Shown: positions 32,234 to 43,048 of the stretch, piece after piece | How the letters are laid out: the number at the start of each line of letters is the position of its first letter | Numbering within the stretch: the stretch's first letter is position 1 | Assembly: GCA_963826715.1 (NCBI GenBank) | Contig: CAWGYA010000008.1 | Coordinates: 64,001-128,000, forward strand | Direction of reading: 5' to 3' | DNA from: Candidatus Bathyarchaeota archaeon | GTDB lineage: Archaea > Thermoproteota > Bathyarchaeia > Bathyarchaeales > Bathycorpusculaceae | DNA length: 64,000 bases | Made by a program: the position numbers and the translations under genes | The notes under the pieces: generated by a model | What the model was told of the DNA's origin: nothing | What the model saw: only the letters and a program-made list of their open reading frames with translations | The model's database searches: none

Positions 32234-33300
32234 TATTCATCCTTCTCATGATACTTTGAAATGATTTTATCCTCACTAGGATAATTAGAAGCATCCCATG
32301 GGAAATGCTCACCATTCTGCCAATCTGCCCATCTATCAAGATCTTCTTTAACCATAATCTTAACAAGCTCATCAAACTTAACCTTAGGCTCCCAACCAAG
32401 CTTCTTAATTTTTGAGCAATCTCCTCGCAAAAAACCAACATCCAAAGGCCGGAGAAACTTCTTATCTGTCTTAACATATTTCTGCCAATCCAAACCAGCA
32501 GCATCATAAGCCCTTTCAACAAATTCTTTAACAGTATGGGACTCACAAGTTGCTACAACATAATCGTCAGGAGTCTTTTGCTGGAGCATCAACCACATAG
32601 ATTCAACATACTCTGGAGCATAACCCCAATCCCGTTGCGCATCTAAATTACCTAAGACTAAGTCTTTTGTAATACCTAATGCATTCTTGGCAACAGCATT
32701 AGATATTTTTCTAGTAACAAATTCTAACCCCCTAATCGGAGATTCATGATTAAAAAGTATACCGTTGCAGGCAAAAATAAAATATCCCTCACGGTAAATC
32801 TTTGTCATCCAATAACCGTATAACTTTGAAACAGCATAAGGACTTGAGGGTCTAAACGGTGAGTTTTCATTTAAAGTTGTTGAATGCCCAGCACCATACA
32901 ATTCACTCGTTGAGGCTTGATAAAACTTAATAGCGGGGTTAACTTGGCGGATAGTTTCAAGAATTCGTGATACCCCTAACCCAGTTGTTTGTCCAGTTCC
33001 AACAGGTTGCTCAAAAGAAGCACCAACAAAACTTTGGGCAGCTAAATGGTAAACTTCATCAGGTTTCGAAAACCGAAGGGCATCAAACAAAGACCCCATA
33101 TCAATCAGGTCAGCCGGGATCAAACTAACTTTATCAAAAACATCAAGATACTGCAACCGCCAAAAGTTCGGAGTTGATAGCCTACGATAAATTCCATAAA
33201 CTTGATAACCCTTATTCAAAAGGTACCTTGACAAGTATGCTCCATCTTGCCCTGTTATACCAGTAATCAATGCCGTCTTAGACAATTTCTTACAGCCCAT
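32233..33300 (-). CDS. gmd: GDP-mannose 4,6-dehydratase
   Basis: ITGITGQDG, LAAQSFV, QASTSEL, LFNHESP, FVTRKI and RDWGYA. Confidence 0.95.
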   Translation of the reverse strand: MGCKKLSKTALITGITGQDGAYLSRYLLNKGYQVYGIYRRLSTPNFWRLQYLDVFDKVSLIPADLIDMGSLFDALRFSKPDEVYHLAAQSFVGASFEQPVGTGQTTGLGVSRILETIRQVNPAIKFYQASTSELYGAGHSTTLNENSPFRPSSPYAVSKLYGYWMTKIYREGYFIFACNGILFNHESPIRGLEFVTRKISNAVAKNALGITKDLVLGNLDAQRDWGYAPEYVESMWLMLQQKTPDDYVVATCESHTVKEFVERAYDAAGLDWQKYVKTDKKFLRPLDVGFLRGDCSKIKKLGWEPKVKFDELVKIMVKEDLDRWADWQNGEHFPWDASNYPSEDKIISKYHEKDE

Positions 33301-33383
33301 CCACTTTCAAGAGTTATCTACTTTTCAATCGTGTACCTTAATAAGCTTTAGTGTATAGAGTAAAAAAACCAGAAATAAACAAC

Positions 33384-34114
33384 TTACTTCATCTTTTGAG
33401 CTTTCAACATCAAAAAATGCGTATGCTTCGCATCAACGAACGCAAAGAAATCAGCAACCTGCTTAGGCCAAGGATAATACCCAGAACCTACATACTTCTC
33501 GATTGAAAATTGGTATTTTTCAAAAATATTTCTAAGTGCTTTGTAAGATAAAACGGTATTATGTTTGGTTATCGCTGCTTCGTATGTATTATCGCCAGAG
33601 TAGATCCGAGATGAATGGAGAGGACGATGACCTATTACAAACCTATTACTAACATATGGTCCAGAGTAAGGTTGATTACCAAACAAAAGAGCAACGATGT
33701 TATGCCAAGACGCCAAGTTTTCTGTCGCTAAAATCGCATATCCCCTTGGTTTGAGAACACGATGAATTTCTGACACGAAGTTATCAGTATCAATAATGTG
33801 TTCAATAACTTGATTAGCAAAAACTACATCCACACTGTCGTTTGGAATAGGAAAAGGCTTGTTAAGATCAACTTTATAAACTTTAATTCCTTTGGCCTGG
33901 GCTTCTTTGATGTCAGCATCATTCATTTCAAAGCCATAATTTTTTGGGGCGCTGTATCTTTTGCAAATAGCATTGTACCTGTTCCATCAGAGCAACCTAA
34001 GTCTAAGAAAACACCGTTCTGGCGTGTTTGTTTTAGCATCATATGCAGGATTTGCCAAGATTTATCAACAGTACTGTACCAGAGATAGCTGACATATTTT
34101 GTAAGTAAGCCCAT
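33384..34114 (-). CDS. Class I SAM methyltransferase with a frameshift near 33945
   Basis: LDLGCSDG in ORF 33923..34114 and NQVIEHI in ORF 33384..33926; the two join at a short homopolymer run. Confidence 0.8.
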
Positions 34115-34263
34115 TTTTGCCTCAGTCTATTTGTTAAGGTTAAAGCGCGAATATAAATTGATCACATTAGTGCCGAAAAAATTGATTTAGAAAAAAGAAG
34201 CCTAAACAATTAAAGGACCAGCAAGGATTATTCTTACCCCAATATATTAGCGAGCGTTCAAAA

Positions 34264-34935
34264 TTACCTTAAACTTTTTTCTTTCCAAAATATAAAAACC
34301 ACAAATAGCCGTAAGTATCGTCCAATTCCAGTTAATTTATACCCCGATCTTAAATGGGCTTTAATTGAAGAAATATTGTCCACCGTAGAAGAAGCTACGC
34401 AAACGGTTTTACCTTTTCCACGAGCAAAATTGAAAATATTATATGAAACGTACGGATAAATGTGACGACCTCTATATTCAGACGAAGTTTCAACAAATTG
34501 GACATAAGCTTCTCTATTCCAATTGATTGCGATTGGAGCATCAAGGGTACCTGTATCGCGCAAAAGAACGAATGCCTTATGGACTAAAAGACCATTTGCA
34601 AAAACAGCGAATAAAACTTCACCTTGATCCACTTTTCTCTCAAGTTCAAAAATATTAAAAGAACTACCGATTCTAAAACCAATATCAATTAAATCATGAA
34701 GTTCTTTTTTGCTTAAAATTATCTTTAAGGTGTAGTTGTCTTTCAGAGGATTAATTGAATTTATGCATTCTAAATCTTTTCGGAAAATAACAATTTTTTC
34801 ATACATAAAAATTATCGAAATCAATTGGCTAAATAAAGAAACAACACCATCTTTTTTAAGCACTGTACGAGCATTAGCCAAAAGGTTTGATATTCGAATA
34901 TTTGATTCTGTTTCTCGAATTTCCATACTTAACAT
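34264..34935 (-). CDS. GNAT-fold acyltransferase-like protein
   Basis: VETSSEYRGRHIY (acyl-CoA loop) and NISSIKAHLRSGY. Confidence 0.65.
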   Translation of the reverse strand: MLSMEIRETESNIRISNLLANARTVLKKDGVVSLFSQLISIIFMYEKIVIFRKDLECINSINPLKDNYTLKIILSKKELHDLIDIGFRIGSSFNIFELERKVDQGEVLFAVFANGLLVHKAFVLLRDTGTLDAPIAINWNREAYVQFVETSSEYRGRHIYPYVSYNIFNFARGKGKTVCVASSTVDNISSIKAHLRSGYKLTGIGRYLRLFVVFIFWKEKSLR

Positions 34936-34949
34936 TGCTCACATAATCG

Positions 34950-37313
34950 TTAACTAATTTGTTTGAATCGCTCAAAAAAAAGTTCGTTTTTTTCTAATAT
35001 CTTAATATTTTTTTTCCTAAGAAAACGGATTCTCACAAGCTTCAAAGGAACAAGTAATAAGGCAAGTATAATTATTGAAGCTATTGAAATAATTTTTCCG
35101 ACGTCGTAAATTGTTTCTGCAGTGTATCGCATTGATATTTTGAATTGACCTGTTTCGTTGATGTACCAGCTGTTTGCATATCCATTTGCCATGAAATGTT
35201 CTTCAATTGTGTTTTCATTGATGCTGGCTTGCCATTGAGGTTGGTATGATTGAGAGAAAACTAAAAAGAAAGGCGTTTCCGAATTGACATCTATGGTATA
35301 ATAAGTGGGGTCAATCATTTTGTAAGATAATTCAACGGATGAGATTGTATGGTTAGTGACATCAATCTTAGCATAGTTTTCATTTGCAGATATCACATTA
35401 GTCACAAGGTTCAAGATCTGTTGATTTTGCGAGGATAAGGATGAAGAGAAAAACAGAACCGATGAATTTACATCTAAATTGTTCAATACACCTATAATAG
35501 GCAAGGAATCTACGCTTCCGTCAATATAAACTCCATTTTCCGCACTATAGATCATCGGAACGTAGAAATCGTTTTTGTAAAAATCGAGCTGACCAAATGA
35601 TTTAGCAAAATGGATACCAATTTGTTGGGAAAGAAGCATCTGAACTTCGGCGGGAGATTGAACGTTATAAAACGTCCAATCCACATCATTACGCTGCAAT
35701 ATATACTCCACACCTAGTAAACCAAGAATTTTTCCAGCATAAGATGTTTCATTTTTAACAATCGCGCCATAAGCCATGGCAATAGCATCACCAGAATATG
35801 GATAATAGGCTCCAGAACTTGTTTCTTCAAAAATCTGGGGCTTATTAAAAAGAGCCACGTTCACATCCCCTGCCTTCTGACCCCAAGTATAAATTGGGAA
35901 ATACTGTTCAGGCATAAGAAAGATACCACCATCTCCAGGCAAATTATTCACCCAATCCGCAGCATCGTACCAATAAGGAGGGATTTCCTTCACCGTCTGA
36001 TTCTGACTAATAACATTACCAGTTAGAAGAGGCCATGCATTGATAAGAAGAACTGATATAATAAAAACTACAAACACCCCTCTTAACTTATTAAGGTATT
36101 CCCCAAAGGACAGACACCTTGGAAACCTTAATGTAAATGGATGAACGAGATCATTCACTAAAAAGCCAATCAAAGCAGAGAACGCTAAAGCGATGGGCAT
36201 AACAAATTTGTAGTTATCTCTAAAAACACTAAAGAAAGGAATATGCTCATACGCCCACTGGTAAACCTTTCCGAGAGTATATGGATTATCCGGAGGATAC
36301 GATGCAACCGCCATAGGAATACATACAATCAATAAGAAAGCAAAAAAAAGCCGGATTTTATCTTTGGGTTTTATCAAAACTGCAAATAATGCAAACAAAG
36401 GAATTAACAGACTCATCATAATAAGAAAAGGATTCTGAAGAAGAGGCCCAGAGAACGGAAAATATGCCTCACCTCGATATCCAGAATAGAATCCCCAATA
36501 GCCTAATGAACGAAAAACTTCAGTATAACTTGATCCAATGTTCTGCATAGCTAACGATTCAGAGAATATTTTACTCCACCAAGCGGTCGTGGTATAGTCT
36601 ATAAGGGGAAGCGCCCAGTAGAGACTTACAGCAAAGTATGCTAAAAGAAAAATAATATTGAATTTTAAAGCTGACCAAATTTTCTTTCGGTCTACCACAA
36701 CAACAAAGAAAACAAAAAACAAGGCTAAAACAATGAAATTGATTAGCATTAAAGTCGGATTATAAGCGGACATAAGCAAGGTAACAAAAGTCAGAAGCAC
36801 CACATACTTTATGTCAAAACCTTTCTTCAAACTTAGGATATACAATCCGAGCATAGCGGGCAAGGCCATATAAAAAGTCAAGAAGGGATGCAAGCCATCT
36901 AGATTAACTACAACATATAGACTGTACATGTAAGCTAAACCAGATACAACTTTTGACAACCTATGAGCTTTCTGAACGGTGACAGAACATAAGAAATACA
37001 TAGAAACACCCGAACCAAAAATTAGGAAGATAAGCCAAAATTTATCAACTAATAGAAGAGGCAAACCCAACGACTCAAATAATGCAAAAAAGGAGAACAT
37101 TGGGAAGAAACCGCCCATCCCCCACCCAATGTTTCCACCCAAATTAATTTGGCCATTCCAAAGGTAGGATACATCGTGAACAAGACCCGACGGGTTCAGA
37201 TATAATTGTGCGTTACTAAAAATAAGAAGGACATTCAAATAGAACATAAAAGGCAATATAGCAAATACCAATAATACAGCCAAATCTATTGAAAGGCTTC
37301 GTCTATCAGGCAT
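34950..37313 (-). CDS. Large GT-C-like membrane glycosyltransferase (AftD/DUF3367-like N-terminus, YfhO-like C-terminus)
   Basis: 787 aa with about 13 TM; FRSLGYW, FRDNYKF, IPPYWYDAADW and LVFSQSYQPQW...NGYANSW motifs. Confidence 0.7.
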   Translation of the reverse strand: MPDRRSLSIDLAVLLVFAILPFMFYLNVLLIFSNAQLYLNPSGLVHDVSYLWNGQINLGGNIGWGMGGFFPMFSFFALFESLGLPLLLVDKFWLIFLIFGSGVSMYFLCSVTVQKAHRLSKVVSGLAYMYSLYVVVNLDGLHPFLTFYMALPAMLGLYILSLKKGFDIKYVVLLTFVTLLMSAYNPTLMLINFIVLALFFVFFVVVVDRKKIWSALKFNIIFLLAYFAVSLYWALPLIDYTTTAWWSKIFSESLAMQNIGSSYTEVFRSLGYWGFYSGYRGEAYFPFSGPLLQNPFLIMMSLLIPLFALFAVLIKPKDKIRLFFAFLLIVCIPMAVASYPPDNPYTLGKVYQWAYEHIPFFSVFRDNYKFVMPIALAFSALIGFLVNDLVHPFTLRFPRCLSFGEYLNKLRGVFVVFIISVLLINAWPLLTGNVISQNQTVKEIPPYWYDAADWVNNLPGDGGIFLMPEQYFPIYTWGQKAGDVNVALFNKPQIFEETSSGAYYPYSGDAIAMAYGAIVKNETSYAGKILGLLGVEYILQRNDVDWTFYNVQSPAEVQMLLSQQIGIHFAKSFGQLDFYKNDFYVPMIYSAENGVYIDGSVDSLPIIGVLNNLDVNSSVLFFSSSLSSQNQQILNLVTNVISANENYAKIDVTNHTISSVELSYKMIDPTYYTIDVNSETPFFLVFSQSYQPQWQASINENTIEEHFMANGYANSWYINETGQFKISMRYTAETIYDVGKIISIASIIILALLLVPLKLVRIRFLRKKNIKILEKNELFFERFKQIS

Positions 37314-37384
37314 TGGTGCACAACTATTCCCAAGTTCTGAAATCTATACAGACTAATTTAGATATTAACTCTTTGTAAGAAAAA

Positions 37385-37906
37385 TTAAATATCTAAAATC
37401 AAAACATTATCTCTGAAAGCAACATCAAAACCGAATAAGAGTAGTTCCTTTTGATCTACTTTATCACTAGATTTCATAACAATTCGCAGAGCACCTAAAT
37501 GCTTGACAAATTCACAAACGGAAAAAATGACTTCAGAAAATTTTGGCGAATTCATTGTCGTAAACTCTAGTACAGCGTCTAACTCGAACACACTCTCGCT
37601 TTGGCGTTCAAGAAAAACACCACCAACAACCTGCCCATCACAAAGAACTTCTAGAATAATTGGGCTCCATTGAGACTGTAAAACACTTTTTATTGAACCA
37701 GTCCTAGCCACTGCAGATAGACGGGCATATAAACTATGGACAACATGTATCAGAAGAGCACTTTGGAAAGTTACTTTTGTAGGCCTGAGAGATTGTTCTA
37801 AGGCGATATTTAACCAATTTTGATTGTGACTTAACTTGAAATAATAATTTTGATACAACTGTCGAAGGTTACTAGTTTTTGCTTTTCTAAGAAGGATGCA
37901 ACTCAT
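37385..37906 (-). CDS. Divergent GNAT-like protein, paralog of 40173..40697
   Basis: TFQSALLIHVVH...VVGGVFLERQSESVFEL...LGALRIV...GF aligns by eye with 40173..40697. Confidence 0.55.
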   Translation of the reverse strand: MSCILLRKAKTSNLRQLYQNYYFKLSHNQNWLNIALEQSLRPTKVTFQSALLIHVVHSLYARLSAVARTGSIKSVLQSQWSPIILEVLCDGQVVGGVFLERQSESVFELDAVLEFTTMNSPKFSEVIFSVCEFVKHLGALRIVMKSSDKVDQKELLLFGFDVAFRDNVLILDI

Positions 37907-38994
37907 TATTGTTCCACTTTATTCAAATTATCATTTTCACCCAAAAATTTTTCGTATACATTAATTGTTTCTCTCGCCATTCTTTCCCAAGAAAACAACT
38001 TCACCCGCTCAACTGCTTTTTTAGAAACTAAAGCATAATTTTGAGAGTCGGTCAGAGCTTTTACTATTGTCTCAGCAATTTGATGTATGTTGCCGGGCTC
38101 AACTAACCAGCCCCCATCACCTATGTATTCTGGAGCATCAAGCAAATTATCTGCAATTACAGGCAACCCACTAGCCATCGCATCCAATAGCATCAAATGA
38201 AAACCAAGATAGGAAGGGAAAACAAAAACATCCGAACAGTTATAATAATAAGACAACCTCTCCGGCGGAACAAAACCTAAAAATTGAATACGCTCTTTGA
38301 GCCCTAACCTATCAACCATTTTGACGAGTTCTGGAAGCGCCTTCCCACGTCCACCGATTAGAAGGGTAACATCATGGAGTCGTTTAGCAACAAGACCAAA
38401 AGCCTCGACGAGATCACAAACTCCCTTTCCAGGATCAAGAGCACCTATGTAAAGAATTTTTTTGGGATTATGATAATCTACTCTAGGCAATAAACTAAAA
38501 CCAGTGAGATCGGTACCATAATAGATAACACTAATTTTCTTAGGCGGCACTTTTAGCAGTCTAATCAAATCGCGTTTTGTAGATTCTGAACTAGTAATAA
38601 AATAGTCACTTCGCTTTAAAAACCACCAATACCAAGGATTTAGCCAACGTCGTTGCTTTGAATTATACTTATAATACCACTTTTTTTCCGGAAGAGAATT
38701 AGGTATTAAATCATGAACAGTTGAAATAATAGGTCGCTTTCTGGCAAAAAAAGCTATTTTCGTACCTACTGGCGATACTGCATGGTAAATATCCGCATTA
38801 ACTTTGGATAAATTTAGCGCATCGACAGGTACGATAAATTCCTTAAGAACCCATTCAAAATAGCTTTTCCGATCATGACAAAGAGTAATAAATTGTGTCC
38901 CAGTCTTTGGGTGAGAAACAATATTCCAGGCATACACATCCATGCCACTGCCAGATTTCTCCGTCGATTTGAAACACAACAAACACACTTTCAT
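37906..38994 (-). CDS. GT4 family glycosyltransferase
   Basis: YIGALDPGKG and VFVFPSYLGFHLMLLDAMASGLPV. Confidence 0.88.
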   Translation of the reverse strand: MKVCLLCFKSTEKSGSGMDVYAWNIVSHPKTGTQFITLCHDRKSYFEWVLKEFIVPVDALNLSKVNADIYHAVSPVGTKIAFFARKRPIISTVHDLIPNSLPEKKWYYKYNSKQRRWLNPWYWWFLKRSDYFITSSESTKRDLIRLLKVPPKKISVIYYGTDLTGFSLLPRVDYHNPKKILYIGALDPGKGVCDLVEAFGLVAKRLHDVTLLIGGRGKALPELVKMVDRLGLKERIQFLGFVPPERLSYYYNCSDVFVFPSYLGFHLMLLDAMASGLPVIADNLLDAPEYIGDGGWLVEPGNIHQIAETIVKALTDSQNYALVSKKAVERVKLFSWERMARETINVYEKFLGENDNLNKVEQ

Positions 38995-39049
38995 TGCAAC
39001 CCACCCTAAATTGATACAGTCATTTTTTGCTCACTAAGCTACATTTAAA

Positions 39050-40153
39050 CTATTTCTTTTTAATCGCCCAATTTACTGCCTCCAAAGCCGTCTTCGCCGA
39101 GTCTAATGCAGTTGTTTCTAACGATAATCTAATTGACTCATATGACATTTTTTGCCAATCATGTAATAGAACATCACGAATCTTTTCAGCAACCACTTTG
39201 GGATCATAGGAAGCAACAAAACCAGTAATTCCATCAATTACCAGATCCTTTTGTGACTCAGTTACAACCAATGGCAAACCACATCGCATAGCCTCCAAAC
39301 CAGCTATTGTCCACCCACCTTCGTCAATTGAACAACAAGCGAAAACTGAACTGCTCCTAAGAAGCAAAACTTTCTGTGCCTCACTAACAAAACCAGTAAA
39401 GTGAACATTCGATGTCAACCCACTTTCAACTACGATTCTTCGCAACTCTGCTTCATAATCACCTTTGCCGACAATCAAAAGTTCCACCGGAACATCTTTT
39501 TTCAAAATGGCAACTGCTCGAATAATAATTTCAATACCCTTATATTTTTTTAAGCGACCCACATAAATTATGCGATGAAGAGGTTTTTTAGATTTAGAAG
39601 GAATTTGAGATAGCTGTTCAAATTCACAACCGATACTTGGCTTCACCACAAAAACGTTATCTCTAATGAAACCAGCTCTTGAAAGCTCTTCTTTGCTTGT
39701 ATTTGAGATTGTTATTGTGGTTTTCTTCCTATAAATTCTGGAGATCACGGAATTAAACAATAATCCAACAAGTGAGATCGGGGTTACGCCTAATTCACGC
39801 AAGAGAGCACGAGAATTATTGATTGAATAAATTATTGGAATAACAGGTTGTTTCGCGTACAAACCAACCAAAAAAGGAATAGTGTTGATGCTCTCAAGGA
39901 TCACATCAAAATTTTCTCTCTGCTTTAGATAAAGTAAATAAATAGTCAAATATACTGAAAATTTGCCTCCAACCCGAGTTATTTTAACACCATTAATTTC
40001 TTCCCTATCAATGGCTCCTGAAAATCCGGAAGTATAAAAATAAACTTCATGACCCAATTGAACAAATTCGCAACAAAGACTTTGCAGATACAACTCTGCA
40101 CCACCAGCATGCGGATTTTTAATATCCCGCCAGTTAATCACTAATATTTTCAT
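39050..40153 (-). CDS. GT4 family glycosyltransferase
   Basis: Likely start MKILVINWRDIKNPHAGGAE at 40153; VGRLKKYKG and EGGWTIAGLEAM. Confidence 0.9.
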   Translation of the reverse strand: MKILVINWRDIKNPHAGGAELYLQSLCCEFVQLGHEVYFYTSGFSGAIDREEINGVKITRVGGKFSVYLTIYLLYLKQRENFDVILESINTIPFLVGLYAKQPVIPIIYSINNSRALLRELGVTPISLVGLLFNSVISRIYRKKTTITISNTSKEELSRAGFIRDNVFVVKPSIGCEFEQLSQIPSKSKKPLHRIIYVGRLKKYKGIEIIIRAVAILKKDVPVELLIVGKGDYEAELRRIVVESGLTSNVHFTGFVSEAQKVLLLRSSSVFACCSIDEGGWTIAGLEAMRCGLPLVVTESQKDLVIDGITGFVASYDPKVVAEKIRDVLLHDWQKMSYESIRLSLETTALDSAKTALEAVNWAIKKK

Positions 40154-40172
40154 GTTATTATGCCTGCACAAA

Positions 40173-40697
40173 CTACTTGATGTTACAAAAAAGTATTTCT
40201 TCGGAAAAAGCTCGTTTGAATCCACATTGGACAAAAAAGCCGGTCACCTGCTTTGCTCCTGAAGCGCGCACTATAAGCCGCTTCGCACCGCTACTCATGG
40301 CTCTTTGTTTAATCAGCTTTATTGTATTAATACCTAAACCTAACCCTCTTTTACTTTTTTCAATCGCTATTATTCCAACTTCAAAAACTTCTGAATTATG
40401 TTTCTTAAGAAAACAAAATCCAATAATTTCTTGTTCATAAACAATTTTTAGCGGAATCATATCTACACTACTATCGAAAAGAACACTTATTCTACCACTT
40501 TGACTTGAGATAAATAGGCGTTCAAGTATCACATGAAATACATGAAGCAAGGTTGTTTGAAATGAAGATAGTTTTCCAATTTTTCTCTCCTCAGAGAGAG
40601 ACACATTTTGCAATGGAGATTGACCAAATGCTTCAAAATAGATATTGTAAATCATAGCTAAATCTTTAGATTTTGCTTCTTCAACTACCAAATTCAA
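40173..40697 (-). CDS. GNAT family N-acetyltransferase-like protein
   Basis: IAIEKSKRGLGLG (R/QxxGxG) and FFVQCGF. Confidence 0.75.
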   Translation of the reverse strand: MNLVVEEAKSKDLAMIYNIYFEAFGQSPLQNVSLSEERKIGKLSSFQTTLLHVFHVILERLFISSQSGRISVLFDSSVDMIPLKIVYEQEIIGFCFLKKHNSEVFEVGIIAIEKSKRGLGLGINTIKLIKQRAMSSGAKRLIVRASGAKQVTGFFVQCGFKRAFSEEILFCNIK

Positions 40698-40703
40698 AGC
40701 CAG

Positions 40704-41561
40704 TCACACCAATTTCTTTTCCACTATAACCTCACAAGCAGTAGGTCCTACTAAGAAACCTACCCCAGCAGAAAAATATCTTACAAATTGGTATATAAAA
40801 AAACCCACTGTAACGTCAGGTTGTTTTAAGAACTTCTTCCAATTTTTGGCAAAGCCAGGTCTTAGCGGGCTCAATTGATTTGAGGCAGTTCCCTGATTCT
40901 TTTTTACAAAGTTAACTAAAGTTTTCCCATAATAGTAGTGCTTTCTTGCTATGTCTTGAAGACTTCTTGGTTCACCCAGATGAAGCTCAACAGCTTCAAT
41001 TCTAGCTATTTTGTAACCTCCTTTAATGATTCTGTTATGCAAATCATAATCCTCACCAGCAACTAATTCCTCATCAAATCCATTAATTGCTTCAAAAACA
41101 TCTCTCCTCAAAAAAGACGCCGCAATATTTAATTGCTCGTCTGCATAGCAATCGCGTTCCAGTTTTCGAACTTTTGACCAAAAGCTTACGTTAGGATCTG
41201 AAAAATTTTGAACACATACTGCATCAAAATACTCGTTTTCACATTTTCTAACAGAATCCTCAACGACGCACTCATCTAAAACAAAGTCTGAATCCACTCG
41301 ATAAATATACTTGCCAGAGGATTTTCTTACTCCAAAATTAATCTGAGCACTTCGCTCAGGTCCTTTTATCAGACACATATCAGCGTATTTTGTTGCAATT
41401 ATTCGAGTATTGTCTGAAGAGCAGTTATCAACAACGATAATTTCAACATTTTTGTAAGACTGAGATTTTATCGATTTAAGACATTTCTCTAAATATTGAC
41501 CTGAATTAAGAGTTGGTATAATTATCGAAACTAGTGGGTCCCTCTTTAAAGATTCATTCAA
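40704..41561 (-). CDS. GT2 family glycosyltransferase
   Basis: VSIIIPTLN, VVDNCSSD, VDSD and GFDEELVAGED. Confidence 0.9.
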   Translation of the reverse strand: MNESLKRDPLVSIIIPTLNSGQYLEKCLKSIKSQSYKNVEIIVVDNCSSDNTRIIATKYADMCLIKGPERSAQINFGVRKSSGKYIYRVDSDFVLDECVVEDSVRKCENEYFDAVCVQNFSDPNVSFWSKVRKLERDCYADEQLNIAASFLRRDVFEAINGFDEELVAGEDYDLHNRIIKGGYKIARIEAVELHLGEPRSLQDIARKHYYYGKTLVNFVKKNQGTASNQLSPLRPGFAKNWKKFLKQPDVTVGFFIYQFVRYFSAGVGFLVGPTACEVIVEKKLV

Positions 41562-41638
41562 CTGCCCATTTTCTCCTCAAAGCAAGATAAAAGTCACCAG
41601 ACACCTTCGAAAACAAAGTCATTGTTTGAAACCCAATT

Positions 41639-42409
41639 TTATTCCCGAAAAACGAATGAAACCATATTTTGAAAGCCATTTTTCTTAGGAAGCTCACGTT
41701 GATACCAATGAAGTATTCTAAGTCTATAAGCAATGCCCAGTAAATCAAGAAACATGTGCCACATTTCTGCTGGCTTGAATTTAGCATCTAACTTGATGTT
41801 GACCGGCATTTCGACAACCTTAAGGTGATAAAGATTAGCCACCGCCAATAACTCAACATCAAAAGCATAACGTTTCACAGCCAAACGCGGAAAAATATCC
41901 GCAAAAGCATCTTTCCTCATCGCTTTGAGTCCAGACTGAGTATCCTTAAGTGGTACTCCAGTAAAAAGACGAACCAGGAGGTTAAAGCATTCACTAGAGA
42001 ACCGCCGAAAAATTGGAACCTCAACTTTAGAACCAGGATGTTTTTTTGAGGCAATAATAATGTCACCATATTTCAATGCATCAAGATATTTTGAAATAGT
42101 TCGCAGATCTATTTCCATGTCGCTATCTGTAAAAACAACAACCTTGCCAGTAGTATTTAGAAAGCCTTTTTTAACTGCATACCCTTTCCCAACGTTATTG
42201 CTATAACTCAAAACTTTAACATGCTGATTTCGCCCAGCATAATTCTGGGCTTTTGATAAAGTTTTATCTTTACTCCCGTCGTCAACAACAATAATTTCAT
42301 ATGGTATTTTCCTGTCAGCAATAACTGAATCTATTATCCCCAAAGTATCTTCTATAAGACTTTCCTCGTTGTAAGCAGGTAGAACAAATGATAATTCTAA
42401 TTGATTCAC
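41639..42409 (-). CDS. GT2, dolichyl-phosphate glycosyltransferase (ALG5/DPM1-like)
   Basis: PAYNEE, VDDGSKD, NVGKGYAV, DSD, DTQSGLK and AFDVELL. Confidence 0.88.
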   Translation of the reverse strand: MNQLELSFVLPAYNEESLIEDTLGIIDSVIADRKIPYEIIVVDDGSKDKTLSKAQNYAGRNQHVKVLSYSNNVGKGYAVKKGFLNTTGKVVVFTDSDMEIDLRTISKYLDALKYGDIIIASKKHPGSKVEVPIFRRFSSECFNLLVRLFTGVPLKDTQSGLKAMRKDAFADIFPRLAVKRYAFDVELLAVANLYHLKVVEMPVNIKLDAKFKPAEMWHMFLDLLGIAYRLRILHWYQRELPKKNGFQNMVSFVFRE

Positions 42410-42708
42410 TAAATAGCCTCTTTATTCCTTTTTCGATTTACAAAAACACAAGCTATTTGCAACAAAACTCCGGCAGCCAAAGCATAATACGCGTAAAGAG
42501 AAAACAGATCAGCCCAATACGATAAACCTATTGCAAAGGAAACAGAAGCAATTAGCAAAAGCATCATAAATACAACGATTAGTGATGACCCCCAGTTCTG
42601 TTTAAAATATTCCCTAATTTTAGCAGGCGTAATATCATATAGGGATTGTGTCATAGGATACGTGTCTCTTTTACTTACAATTGAGTTTAAGGATTTAAAA
42701 ATTACCAT
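42409..42708 (-). CDS. Small two-TM membrane protein
   Basis: NWGSSLIVVFMMLL and AYYALAAGVLLQ; 1-nt overlap with the downstream GT2. Confidence 0.6.
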   Translation of the reverse strand: MVIFKSLNSIVSKRDTYPMTQSLYDITPAKIREYFKQNWGSSLIVVFMMLLLIASVSFAIGLSYWADLFSLYAYYALAAGVLLQIACVFVNRKRNKEAI

Positions 42709-43048
42709 AGCATCAACCTAATACCACTACATTATTAAAATGCACAATAGCTAAAATTTTTACAAACGAAGAATCAGGGAACCAATTTGTTGCAGAGAAT
42801 TGGTCTAACCTCAATAAACTAATCTTTTGAACCAATAGCAAATAAAAAGCTCTTAAACTGATTGAAAAAGGGTTTAACAACAGACTTTAACTTCTTCGCC
42901 AGGAATTGGAATGGTGAATAAAAACGTCGATTTACATCGTTGTGTCCTGTAAACCAGTCGAATCTCTCAAAATCCATAGATACACGTAATTATAAATTGT
43001 GTCTTATTGGAAAAAGATCTTTACAGGATGTTGAAGGCATTTTCAAAG

